Source: an uncultured Gammaproteobacteria bacterium (GTDB taxonomy: Bacteria; Patescibacteriota; Patescibacteriia; Magasanikbacterales; UBA922). Taken from it: 64,000 nucleotides of DNA. A program made the translations under genes and the position numbers. Each line of letters begins with the position of its first letter. The first letter of the stretch is position 1. The stretch spans positions 530,111 through 594,110 of the forward strand of contig CAZQXB010000001.1 in assembly GCA_964597575.1 (NCBI GenBank), in the 5' to 3' direction. This document shows, piece after piece, positions 37,227-48,500 of the stretch. Under the pieces are notes generated by a model. It was not told where the DNA came from, did not search any database, and saw only the letters and a list, made by a program, of their open reading frames with translations.

Positions 37227-38588
37227 ATGACTGTATTTGCCTCACTGAAACATACTTGGCATCTTTTTTGGGCGTATTATGGCGCTCTTCGTTTTTGGTT
37301 TCCTTCAGGTAAATTGTATGTGATTGGAGTGACTGGAACGAGCGGGAAATCAAGCGTCGTTCAGCATCTTCGCCTTATGCTTGAATCACGAGGTTTTCGT
37401 GTAGGGTCGCTTTCGACCGTGGATTTTGTTATCGCCGGAAAACAAACCTTGAATGCAGAAAAAATGACAATGCTTGGCCGTGCCCGCACGCAAGCTTTTT
37501 TGCACCAGATGGTTCTCGAAAAATGCGATATTGCCATTGTTGAGACATCTTCCCAGGGGGTCCTTCAAAGTCGTCACCGAGGAATTCATTACGATACCAT
37601 TCTCTTGACCAATTTTTATCCCGAGCATATTGAGGCTCACGGAGGATATGACAAGTATCGAGAGGCAAAGGCGAAAATTTTTTCCTACATTGCTCAAAGT
37701 AAAAGAAAAAAGAGGAAGAAGCTTTCAGAAAAAATACGCGCTCGGTTTTCTTCGAAAGTACCCAAAGTCTGTGTGGCAAATGCAGAAGCTGGCGACCTTA
37801 CATACTTTGTAAACCACCCTTTTGACGAGGTTTATTTTGTGGAAAAAGAAGGTGGGGTGCCCTCAGGCGTGGAAGGCAATAAAAAAATTCATGAACTCGT
37901 AATAAAAAATATTTCACGGGAAGGGGAGGGGCAGGTGTGGGAAGTGAACGGTACTCGCGCCACGACCCGATTGCTCGGTCCTTTTGAGCCAACCAACATT
38001 TCTCTTTGTATTGGCACTCTCATGGCGCTCGGTGAGACCTTACCTGAGGCGGGCCAAGCGGCAAGTGCCACTGAGCCAGTTCCGGGGCGCATAGAATCAA
38101 TACCGGAAGCCAAGCCTCTTCAGTTTACCGCGATTGTTGATTACGCGTTTGAGCCGGTCGCTATGCGCGCGCTCTACGAGGTTGCTGAGGCACTACCCCA
38201 TAAACGGATTATTCATGTGTTTGGATCGACTGGCGGGGGGCGCGATGTCGCACGTAGATTTACCGTAGGTGCTTTGGTTGGAAATAAAGCGAGTGTCTGC
38301 ATTGTAACAGATGAGGACCCGTATGATGATAATCCAATGGATATTATCAATGACGTGGCAAGTGCGGTTCGTTCAACTGGAAAAATTGATGGGGAGACCC
38401 TTTTTGTTATCCCTGACCGAGAGGAGGCTATTTTTTCCGCTATTCGTATGGCAGAAAAAGATGACATTGTCCTTGTGACGGGAAAGGGTTCTGAACAAGC
38501 CATGGTCGTAAAAGGTAAATTAATTCCCTGGGACGACCGTCATATTGTACGTACCGCCTGTGCGCGGAAACAAGCTCAAACGCTATGA
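37227..38588 (+). CDS. murE: UDP-MurNAc-tripeptide synthetase
   Basis: GVTGTSGKS, ETSSQG, EHIEAHG, PGRIE, VDYA, GKGSE. Confidence 0.88.
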   Translation: MTVFASLKHTWHLFWAYYGALRFWFPSGKLYVIGVTGTSGKSSVVQHLRLMLESRGFRVGSLSTVDFVIAGKQTLNAEKMTMLGRARTQAFLHQMVLEKCDIAIVETSSQGVLQSRHRGIHYDTILLTNFYPEHIEAHGGYDKYREAKAKIFSYIAQSKRKKRKKLSEKIRARFSSKVPKVCVANAEAGDLTYFVNHPFDEVYFVEKEGGVPSGVEGNKKIHELVIKNISREGEGQVWEVNGTRATTRLLGPFEPTNISLCIGTLMALGETLPEAGQAASATEPVPGRIESIPEAKPLQFTAIVDYAFEPVAMRALYEVAEALPHKRIIHVFGSTGGGRDVARRFTVGALVGNKASVCIVTDEDPYDDNPMDIINDVASAVRSTGKIDGETLFVIPDREEAIFSAIRMAEKDDIVLVTGKGSEQAMVVKGKLIPWDDRHIVRTACARKQAQTL

Positions 38589-38980
38589 GCCCGAAATCCC
38601 CTCGTCGTGCATGGCAGTCTCGAGTTTTTCTCGGCATCCTTTTTACCGCTGCTGTACTTCTTGTCTTTGCGAATATTCGTACCTATTCGCGAGATGCAGA
38701 GCTTCGCCAGGAAATTCGTGATCTTGAGATGCAGAAAAAGAATTTATCACAAAAACAACTTGAGTCCATTGAACTCCTTGAATATGTCATGAACGATCAA
38801 TTTGTGGAAGACGCTGCAAGGACGGAATTGCATATGAAAAAACCGGATGAGAATGTTATTGTGGTTCGAACAGAGGGAGTCGAGATTGTTTCTTCAACAG
38901 AGAAAATGACGCCTAGACAGCGCCGAACCAATCCGATACAATGGTGGTACTATTTTGTTTATCGTGAACGAGCCTTCTAA
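38585..38980 (+). CDS. ftsB: septum formation initiator (FtsB/DivIC)
   Basis: TM, coiled coil, VE..AR..L.MKKPDE. Confidence 0.75.
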   Translation: MSPKSPRRAWQSRVFLGILFTAAVLLVFANIRTYSRDAELRQEIRDLEMQKKNLSQKQLESIELLEYVMNDQFVEDAARTELHMKKPDENVIVVRTEGVEIVSSTEKMTPRQRRTNPIQWWYYFVYRERAF

Positions 38981-38996
38981 TTTTATTATTATAGAT

Positions 38997-40004
38997 ATGG
39001 AATCAAATCAACCTCAAATCGCTCCTGAAGCAAAAACAATGCCAAAAAATCCTATCCTTTATTTTGCGGCCGGGCTTATTTGCGTTATCCTTGTGGTTTT
39101 GATTGGCACCTATGTATGGGCGAGACAAGCGTTATCCGTTCTTCCTGCTCCAGCATCAGCTCTCAAGGTGGCTGATACGTTAAATATAGCGGTCGTGAGT
39201 GTGAATGGGGAAAAAGTACCTTATACAACGTATTACCGAGCTTATGAACGCCTTAAGGCTGCTGCAGCGAGCCAGCCAGTTAATCCAGCTCCAACAGAAC
39301 AAGAAATTTCTGATACGGCCCTTCTTCAAGTTGCTGGCACCGTTATTATGAATGATGTTGCAAAGAAGCTTCAGGTGGAGGTAACGGAAAAAGATATGGC
39401 TGATGCAAAAGAGTATCTCTTGACCTCAAGTAACATGAGTGAAGAGGATACCAATGCCTTTTTACAAAACACATTCGGCCTTTCTCTTTCTGAGTATCTC
39501 GATGAGGTGGGTCGTCCAGCCATTTTAGAACAAAAAATGTTAGCCGCATTTGCTTCGACCACTGACTCTGAGTTTGCAAATGCAATTGATCCGGTCGTAA
39601 CCGCTCGGCACATTTTGTTTCGGGTAAATACGACAACTCTTGATGCTGAAGCCATGCAAGGAGCAAAAGATACGATTGCTCGTTTAGATAAAGGTGAGGA
39701 CTTTACAAAACTTGCGGCTGAACTTGGAAACGATGAGGCGACCAAGAAAGCAGGAGGTTCTTTGGGGTCATTTGGACCAGGGCGTTTAATGAAAACATTT
39801 GAAGATGCAGTATTTGCTCTCAAAACCGGAGAATACTCGAAGGAGCCTATCAAGACAGAGTTTGGCTACCATGTGGTTCGAGTAGATGAACGCCGTGATG
39901 AGAGAAATTTAGGAGCATACGTACGGAAACAGGTAAAAGATGCGAAGATTAAAGTCCTTCTTCCGATCCATAGTCCGTTTGACGAATTACAAAAATCTCT
40001 ATAA
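38997..40004 (+). CDS. SurA/PrsA-like parvulin peptidyl-prolyl isomerase
   Basis: TM, SurA_N-like region, ARHIL, F..LA, GGSLG.F, FEDAVF.L..GE.S..PIKTEFGYHV. Confidence 0.88.
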   Translation: MESNQPQIAPEAKTMPKNPILYFAAGLICVILVVLIGTYVWARQALSVLPAPASALKVADTLNIAVVSVNGEKVPYTTYYRAYERLKAAAASQPVNPAPTEQEISDTALLQVAGTVIMNDVAKKLQVEVTEKDMADAKEYLLTSSNMSEEDTNAFLQNTFGLSLSEYLDEVGRPAILEQKMLAAFASTTDSEFANAIDPVVTARHILFRVNTTTLDAEAMQGAKDTIARLDKGEDFTKLAAELGNDEATKKAGGSLGSFGPGRLMKTFEDAVFALKTGEYSKEPIKTEFGYHVVRVDERRDERNLGAYVRKQVKDAKIKVLLPIHSPFDELQKSL

Positions 40005-40041
40005 TATATTGGCTACCCTTCGAAAGGGTAGCCCTTAAAAT

Positions 40042-40115
40042 GCGGGATTAGTACAGTGGTAGTATGTTGGCTTCCCAAGCCAAAGATGCCAGTTCGATTC
40101 TGGTATCCCGCTCCA
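40042..40115 (+). tRNA. tRNA-Gly(CCC)
   Basis: GCGGGAT...TTGGC-TTCCCAA-GCCAA...GTTCGATT...ATCCCGCTCCA. Confidence 0.93.
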
Positions 40116-40173
40116 GGCATAAGCATTGTTTTTGTATAAAACATCTTGTGCCGTAATTTTTGAGTGCTGATAA

Positions 40174-40293
40174 CAGAATTGAACTCAGGGAAGGGTGAAA
40201 CCGTGAGGTTTCGCTTGTTGAAAAAGAGATTTGAGAAACCTGAAGGTGTCTCAAAGAGCCCGAAGGGCGAGTGAGTATTCTGGTATCCCGCTC
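40174..40293. repeat. tRNA-Gly-derived structured mini-element (inverted T-arm copy, hairpins, direct repeat of tRNA 3' end)
   Basis: 40277-40293 is identical to 40097-40113 (17 bp). 40174-40184 is the reverse complement of the T-arm (10/11). Confidence 0.75.
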
Positions 40294-40316
40294 AAAGTGC
40301 CTCAACACTTTGACAA

Positions 40317-40389
40317 GCCGAGATAGCTCAGTTGGTAGAGCGGCACATTCGTAACGTGCAGGCCGTGGGTTCGATCCCCATTCTTGGCT
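40317..40389 (+). tRNA. tRNA-Thr(CGU)
   Basis: GCCGAGA...TTCGTAA...GTTCGATCCC...TCTTGGCT; CCA not encoded. Confidence 0.92.
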
Positions 40390-40533
40390 CAAACAAATAA
40401 AACCACCATAAAAGTGGTTTCATGATGTTCAAGATATGTTGATGTCGAGGTTTTATCCTGCGCGAGGTGATTAGTTTTTGCTACTATCTCATGATGAAAT
40501 AGGGGAAAAGAAGTTCAGGAAAACGTATTCGCT

Positions 40534-40561
40534 AAAAAACGCCTCATCCGAGGCGTTTTTT
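40534..40561. terminator. bidirectional intrinsic terminator
   Basis: AAAAAACGCCTC-atcc-GAGGCGTTTTTT. Confidence 0.7.
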
Positions 40562-40616
40562 ATACACAATGAGTCCATCGTGCCCTACATCTCAACTTAT
40601 GCTATACTTGGTGTAT

Positions 40617-41297
40617 ATGATTACGCTCAGCGATGTTTCTAAACTCTATACCAAAGATAGTGTTGGAGTTCGTAATATTGATCTCCATATTGATGCCGGA
40701 GAGTTTGTGTCTGTAGTAGGCCAAAGTGGAACCGGAAAGACAACATTGGTAAAGCTTCTTATTGCTGAGGAACGCCCTTCAAAAGGAAAAATTAATATCG
40801 GGGGTTGGGACATTACGAAAATTGCCCACCGCCATATTCCACTTTTACGACGCCAAATCGGAGTCATTTTTCAAGATTTCAAACTTCTTCCTAAAAAAAC
40901 CGTATCAGAAAATGTTCGATTTGCTCTTGAGGTGGCAGGGGAGTCGAGCAAGCGTATTCGGGAAGTAGTGCCGCGGGTGCTCGACATTGTGGGTTTGGCC
41001 CACAAAGAAGAGCGTTTTCCACATCAACTTTCTGGAGGAGAGCAACAGCGTGTAGCAATTGCCCGTGCCCTTGTCCATCGACCAAAGATTTTAGTAGGCG
41101 ATGAACCAACAGGAAATCTCGATACGATCAACACTCACGAGGTTATTGAAATTCTGAAAAAAATTAATGAGTTTGGTACGACGATTGTACTCGTGACTCA
41201 CAATCGTGATGTGGTAAATCAATTAAAAAAACGCGTGATAACGATTCACGATGGCCGTATTGTCGCAGATGAAGCGAGTGGCCGATATCGCCTTTAA
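40617..41297 (+). CDS. ftsE: cell division ATPase FtsE
   Basis: [46 protein letters not shown]. Confidence 0.93.
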   Translation: MITLSDVSKLYTKDSVGVRNIDLHIDAGEFVSVVGQSGTGKTTLVKLLIAEERPSKGKINIGGWDITKIAHRHIPLLRRQIGVIFQDFKLLPKKTVSENVRFALEVAGESSKRIREVVPRVLDIVGLAHKEERFPHQLSGGEQQRVAIARALVHRPKILVGDEPTGNLDTINTHEVIEILKKINEFGTTIVLVTHNRDVVNQLKKRVITIHDGRIVADEASGRYRL

Positions 41298-41303
41298 TCT
41301 TCT

Positions 41304-42212
41304 ATGGTTACTTTCTTTCGTGCCATTCGGTTTGCCCTGCAAGATATTTATCGAAACTTTAGTTTATCGATCATGACGGTCCTTATTTTGGTCCTCATGC
41401 TGTTGTCGGTAAATACGCTTCTTACGGTTCGGGTGCTCACTATTGAGGCGACCCAAGTCGTGAAAGATCAGGTGGATGTGAGCGTTTTCTTTGCTAAGGA
41501 CGCAACCGAGAAGCAGATTAATGAAATCCGCGAATATATTCGTACGTTTCCAGAAGTCGTGGATGAGAAGTTTTATACCCCAGAAGAAGTGCTGGCGGAT
41601 TTTCGCGCTGAATATGCGTATAATCAAACTATCCTTGCCTCACTTGAGGAATTAGGGGATAACCCACTAGGGTCAATGCTTATTATAAAGACCCGTACTC
41701 CAGAGGATTATCAAAAGATCATTACTGCGCTTAGTGTTCCAGAATACGAGAAGACCATTGAAGCCAAGACTTTTTCTGATACGGAAAAGGCGATTAGTCG
41801 AATTCACACCATTACGAGCCAAGTAGAAAAGTTTAGTGTTGTTGTAACGGGGTTGTTTGCCCTCATTGCCTTCATTATCATCTTTAATACGGTTCGGGTG
41901 GCTATTTATACTCAAAGAATCGAAATTACCATTAAAAAGTTGGTGGGGGCCTCAAACTGGTTTGTACGGAGCCCATACGTTATTGAGGCACTTGTGTTTA
42001 CAGTTCTTAGCCTTATGATTACTGGGGTCATTGTCTACTTTGCTATAGGGCTTTTAGAACCTCAGGTAACCAAGGTTTTTGGCGAGGTTGGCATATTGAC
42101 AAACTATTTTTACTCCAATATACTAGTCCTCGTTGGCGCCGAAACGCTTGCGGTTTTAGTTCTAACGACAACATCGAGCGTTCTCGCTATGGGCAAGTAT
42201 CTCCGCTCGTAG
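41304..42212 (+). CDS. ftsX: cell division permease FtsX
   Basis: NPL, IFNTVR.AI, EI.I.KLVGASNWFVR.P. Confidence 0.92.
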   Translation: MVTFFRAIRFALQDIYRNFSLSIMTVLILVLMLLSVNTLLTVRVLTIEATQVVKDQVDVSVFFAKDATEKQINEIREYIRTFPEVVDEKFYTPEEVLADFRAEYAYNQTILASLEELGDNPLGSMLIIKTRTPEDYQKIITALSVPEYEKTIEAKTFSDTEKAISRIHTITSQVEKFSVVVTGLFALIAFIIIFNTVRVAIYTQRIEITIKKLVGASNWFVRSPYVIEALVFTVLSLMITGVIVYFAIGLLEPQVTKVFGEVGILTNYFYSNILVLVGAETLAVLVLTTTSSVLAMGKYLRS

Positions 42213-42225
42213 TTTGGCACTACAA

Positions 42226-42296
42226 TCGGGGATCGTCTAATGGTAGGACAGAGGCCTTTGAAGCCTTCAATCGGGGTTCGAATCCCTGTCCCCGAA
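42226..42296 (+). tRNA. tRNA-Gln(UUG)
   Basis: TCGGGGA...GAGGC-CTTTGAA-GCCTT...GTTCGAAT...TCCCCGAA. Confidence 0.92.
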
Positions 42297-42349
42297 CAAG
42301 GTGTACGATAAAGTCGTATACCCAATTACATGGTACAAATAATACAGAT

Positions 42350-42421
42350 TCGGAGGTAGCTCAGCGGTAGAGCAGTTGGCTGTTAACCAATTGGTCGTGG
42401 GTTCGAGCCCCACCCTCCGAG
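42350..42421 (+). tRNA. tRNA-Asn(GUU)
   Basis: TCGGAGG...GTTGG-CTGTTAA-CCAAT...GTTCGAGC...CCTCCGAG. Confidence 0.93.
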
Positions 42422-42513
42422 CAGATGAATAGTTTGGGCAATAGTACGTTGATTTTTAACACGTCTTGTCCGCGAAAAACACCACGGCGCAGGCCGTGGT
42501 GTTTACTATTATT

Positions 42514-45500
42514 ATGGAAAATGTATCGAGTGGAAGCGAAGTATCAGGACCAAAAGGTATAGAGCGTTGGTTACGTAAAGCACCGCAAATACCAAGAAAA
42601 CCTTTTTTAGTGGCACTGCTTCTTATTGCACTTGGCCTTCTCGCTCTTCTTGTTTATTTGAATCGCTCCAGCATTGCCTTTACTCCGAAACCAGAATATA
42701 CCACGGCCTATTCTTTGGTTGCTCCAAGTATTTCTGAAAGTGCAAACATCGTTGTCCATTTGCCGAAAGGAGTAGACGCAGAGCAGGCAAAAAATAACAT
42801 TACTTTCCACCCGGGTATTAAAGGGGAGTGGGTACTCGCCTCAACCGTAGATAGTGTTGTGTATAATCCAGAAAAGAAACTAAGCGTTGGCAAATATTAT
42901 ACCGTTACACTTACGTCCCCAGAGGGAACTATCGGAAAAGACTTTTTAGCTGAGGAAGACCCTGCTGTTGCTGCTGTTTTTCCGAAAGCAGACACAGAAA
43001 CCCATGAAAAAACAAATATCACCGTCGTATTTAATCGTCCGATGATCCCAGTTTCAACGGTTGATAAGACTGCGGAGAAAGAAATTCCTCTTGTCATTGA
43101 GCCAGCAACTCCTGGTCGGTTTAAATGGGTCGGAACACGGACGGTGCAGTTTATCCCAGAGACAACACTCAAAGCATCAACGAACTATCGCATTTCTATT
43201 CCAGATAGCCTGCCTTCCCTTGAAGGCATTCGTATCGCGAGTGTGGCGCCAGTAACATTCACCACTCGGCATCTTCGGTACGATGCTTTATCTCATGGGA
43301 GCCTTCGGTACAACCAACCAGTGCGTATTCAGTTCAATCAACCGGTTGATTTAGAAAAAACAGCAAGGGAGATTACTCTTGTAAAAATAAAAGGGGAGGA
43401 TAGAGAAAATGTTGAGGCGGAAATTGAATATGGCACAAAAGCGGTTTTTAATACCGAGAAAAACGTGTATGAAACGGTACAGGATACGTCCGCAGTCAAT
43501 GTCTTTCAGAAAAAAGATACGCATGGACGAAAAAAACTTTGGGATTTTACAGAAAATTATACAGTGACGATTAAGAAAGCCTATCCTGTTGATGGGGATA
43601 TTATCCTCGCAGAGGAACGCAGCACTTCTGTTATAATTACCGGTGTTATTGAATCACTTACCGCGAATTCTCCTCGTACCGGTTTTGCTGCTCCGAACTT
43701 TTTTGACCCTGAGGGTCAGCTGGTTCTTAGGTTTTTTGAGGATATCAATATTGATAAAAGTGCAATCGACGCCCCACACATTACCTCGCTTACCTACGGA
43801 GAAAAATGTCCTGATACAGGAGAGCAGGGTGAGAAAGGGGAGTCGTTCTTTTATTCGGATGTTCCCTGTGAGAAGGTTCCAGATAAGCGCACCGTTCTTT
43901 TAACGGTTGATAAAAGTAAGTTTACCTTAGGAGACACGTTTCAGCTTGTGTTGAAACGTATCGTGAATATGGAAGGGCTTACGATTAATCCGGATGTGAT
44001 CAGAAATGATATTAAGCTTCCCCCGGTTCTTAAAGTTCGACAACCGACAAATGGGGTCGTTGTGCCAGCATACGGAAATATAACCACACTTGAAAGCCTT
44101 GTTTTTTGCAGTAACAGCCCGATTGAGAAGAACTACGGGAAGACGGCTCCAGGAGTAACAGCGACCCCAGGCTTTGAAAAAGCCCCTACATGGAATAAAT
44201 CCATGCTTATCCCAGAGCCTATCCCAGAGAACATCAGTGTTGGGTATTACGTTTGTAATCCTGGGGAATTTCAAACAGAGCTCAGTTACGGACTTGCTCC
44301 TGAAACAGCGTACACGCTTTCTGTTCCGACAGAAGATCCCTTTGGTTCAAAAGAACTGGTGACTGTTCCCTTAAAAACAGGAAAAATGCCGGGAGTGAAT
44401 CTCACCTTCTTTCATTTACAGAAAAATTACACGGTTACGACTCCTCTCAAAACAAAGTTGACATACGCTACTCAGAACATGGAGTTTATCGATGTCCATG
44501 TATGTAAAGTCAGCTCGGAAACACTTCTTAAATATGTAACCGTCGGAGGTCCGCAGTTCTACGAGGGTCCAGGTACGGTTGGTCCGTGTATTTCTACGGT
44601 TACAAAACGAATTCCTATCGATCGTCATTTTTGGGTAAACAACTATGTACAGGTTGATTTGAAAGAGTTTAGTTCTGATATTTTAGGAAGTTATGTTGTC
44701 ACTCTTTCTCACCCTGACTATCGTGAGCCCTACGCACAACAAAGACCGGTGTTTGAGCGTACGTTTGTTTCTGTGACGAATCTGTCAGTTGTAGAAAAGA
44801 AAATTGAGCTTCATGAGAACCAGTATGCCCCAGAAGGGTTACAAGAAGGGGTGGATAATGCAAAACGTCAGGCTCTCTCTAATATCTATTGGGTAACCGA
44901 CAGTAAAACACTTGCTCCAGTTTTAGGAGCACGAATTTCTGTATTTACCTCTCAAAACAAACCAGGAGCAAACTTCGTCGAGTCAGGGACAATTGTGAAT
45001 ACCGGAAAAGATGGACTGGCAACGGCGTTGCCAAGAACTGATCAGATTGGAGTGGTGGTGTCGATTCCCGGTGACAGCACGATTTTGCCGTCAAATTCAG
45101 TGCAATTACAATACGGGACGTATGCTCAGCAGTCAGAATCATACTACGTGTATACTGATCGTCCGATTTATCGGCCTACTCATGAGGTATTTATCAAAGG
45201 ATTATACCGAGGAGGGTATGACGGTGCATATGAAATACTACAAGGAAAAAAAATAACAATTAAGGTGTACGATAGTAGTTCGAAAGAACTTCTCTCAGAA
45301 GAAGTGTCGGTAAGTGATTTTGGCACATTTGAAACCCGTCTCGTCTTGCCAAAAGATGCACCGCTCGGCTCCTATCGCATTCAGGCTGGAAACAATGGAT
45401 ACGGTTCATTTGAGGTCGAAGAATATGTACCAGCAGCGTTTAAGGTTGACGCAAAAGCAACTCAAGAAGAGTATGTAACCGGAGACGCTGTTTCGGTTGA

Positions 45501-48500
45501 TATTGATGCTGCGTACTATTTCGGTGCACCGGTAGAGGGGGGTACGATCGAGTACTCTCTTGGAAGTCAAAATTATTATTTCGACAAATATCGTGACGAA
45601 TACTTTACCTTTGGTTCTGGCTGGTATAGCTGTTATCGGGAGTGCAACTACGGAGACAAGTTTATTCTCCGTAATCGAGTTTCACTTGGGGCAAATGGAA
45701 AAGCGCGTATTACGCACACCTTGGATTTTAAAAAGATTTTTCCAAATGAAGATGATCGTCAGAGTAAGATTGTCGTAATGTACATCACCGTAAAGAATAC
45801 GAGTGGACAGAGCATTACCAAACAAGTTTCCTTTATTGTTCATGGGGGCGACTACTATCTTGGTTTGGCTACCGACAAGTTTTTTGGTTCAAAGAATGAT
45901 CCTGTCGGCATGAAAGTAAAATCGGTAGACATAAAAGGGAAGCCCTTGCGTGTACGAGACATTACGCTTGCCTGGAACAAGGTAAGCTATACGTATGCGA
46001 AGCGCCAAGAAGTTGATGGTGGATTCTATTATAATTGGGAACAAAAATTCACCTCTGTATATAACGAAACCTTTTCTACAAATGGTGACGGAAATTGGTC
46101 TGGAACGTACACGCCGACAGAACAAGGAGAGTACGAGCTGAAATTGAGTGGTGTAGACAGTCGTGGTAATACGATTCAAACCAAAACACGGCTTTACATC
46201 ACGGGAAGTGAGCAGGCTGGTGAAGGTTTGGTGCAGCCGACGAACGATACGAGTTTAGAAATTGTTACGGATAAGGCAAGTTTAGGAGTGGGGGATACAG
46301 CGAATATTATTATCAAATCCCCATTTCAGCAGGCGAAAGCACTGGTTGCTGTTGAGCGTGGGCAGGTGTTCCATTATGAAGTTGTTGATGTAAAATACGG
46401 TCTTCATAAATACTCATTCCCTATTAAAGAGGCGTATGTGCCAAATGTATATGCTTCGGTTACTCTCCTTTCCGACTCTCCAGAAGTAAAATCAGGAAAT
46501 ATTGCTTTTCAAATTAATACCCGGAAGAAAGAAATAGACATTGTTGCAAAACCAAATAAAAAGGAGTACTTGCCGGGGGAAGAGGTAACGATTACGTTTA
46601 CCGCCAAAGATTCTGATGGGAAGCCTGTGGAAACAGAACTTTCGGCCGCTGTGGTTGACATGAGCGTTCTTGCTCTCAAAGGGAACCCAAAAAAGAATCC
46701 GGTGATGTTTTTTTACGGCGGCTTTCCTTTAACGGTTTCAACGGCAAGCAATCTTAAAAATATTTTGCAACAAATTGAGGTTCCGAATGGCACGAAAGGC
46801 GGAGGCGGTAGCGAACCTGAAGATTTGGCGACGAAAAAGCGAGGGGAGTTTAAGGATACCGCTTTCTGGCAGGGTACACTGAAGACAGATAAAAATGGTC
46901 GAGCTACGGCCATATTCCGTTTACCAGATAACTTAACGACATGGCAATTAGAGAGTGTTGGTATTACAAAAGATACAAAGCTTGGGGTATCCTACAGTGA
47001 ATTTACGGCAAAAAAGAATCTCATGGTTGTCCCACTTTACCCACGCTTTGCTATTCCCGGCGACGAGTTTATGGTTGGAGCAAAAGTCTTTAACCAAACC
47101 GCTACCCGACAAACGTTCGCGGTAACATATGAGAGTGAGAATCTTCCGCTTGTGAAATCAGGGGATTCTAAGAAAAATATTACATTGGCTGCCAACGAAA
47201 CAAGAACTGTGTATTTTCGAGTAGCAACTGACGCTCATGAAAATAATGAAGAAGGGTATCGTCTTCAGTTTACGGTGGGAGCAAAAAATAGTCGCTATGA
47301 AGATACCGTGGAACAGTCCATTCTTCTGTCGAAAAATGCTACCTACGAAACACTCGCTACTGCTGGTGTATCTTCAGCAGATGCACTTCGAGAATCGGTG
47401 TATGTTCCAGGGAATATCATTCCTGACCGAGGTGAGCTCACCATTAAATCGAGTGCCACACTCGCAGTTTTCTTGTCAGACGCGATCAAGTTCTTAGTGC
47501 AGTACCCCTACAGCTCAACAGAAGAGATTGCGACGAAGCTTGAGGCAATTGCCGTGTATAAAGAGGGTATGGCCTTAAAGAATGTCGGAGACGCCTTCGG
47601 TACACCGACCGGTACATTTGATGGCATTACCTACTCAATGGACGAAATTGTTCAGCTGGGGCTTGCAAAACTCTATAAATACCAAACCACTGATGGCGGC
47701 TTCACCTATTACCAGCCTCAGTATGGATATGGAACGTACGGAATGCAGGGCGATGTATACCTTACGACACGTATTGCCCGTGCCTTAGATCGACTTGAGA
47801 AGGTTGGGTATACTATTGACAAAGAGAAGCAAAGATCAGTATTCCGATTTCTTGCCGCAGACTTCCAGTATCATGTTCAAAGAAATCCAATTTGGTATGA
47901 GCGCCATATCGCAGTTGCGTCAGCACTCTATGACCTTAAGAAATACGGCACCGTTCCTGCCTCTGTGCCAAATCAGATCCGCCTGATTCTCCGAGATGAA
48001 AAATATCTCAAAGAACGTATTGGAACACAGACTCTGGCCACGCTTAATTTACTTCTTTCTGCTGAGAAGAAAGAGTTTGGGAGTCGGGCAATAAATCAAA
48101 CACTGGATTTACTTGAAAATCGTATCGAAATCGATGCCCGGGGAGCATATGTGAAACCAAATGCAGAACTCATGTGGGAGTGTTATGAAACTCCAATTCG
48201 CGACACTGCACTTCTTGTGAAGGCTATGATTCGAGCTGATCGTTTAAGCGAAGTTACACCAAACATTATTCGTTGGTTGCTCGCAAGCCGAGATAAAAAT
48301 GGAGCGTGGAGTTCAACGATGAATACGATCTCTACTGCGGATGCTTTGGTTGAGTACCTCGGTTATTCGCGCGAAACTGAATCAGATTTTACTCTCTCGA
48401 CGAGTCTTCCGAATGAAAAATCAGATACAACTATCTTCAATAAGGATACACTCTTCCAGACACGAATCTTGAAAGTTCCTAATGCACAAATTCAAAAAGA

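Noticed and set aside
40042-40115. Non-proteinogenic tRNA-Gly dedicated to the Fem enzyme
   Set aside because: D-loop GG and TTC are intact; nothing distinguishes it from a translational tRNA
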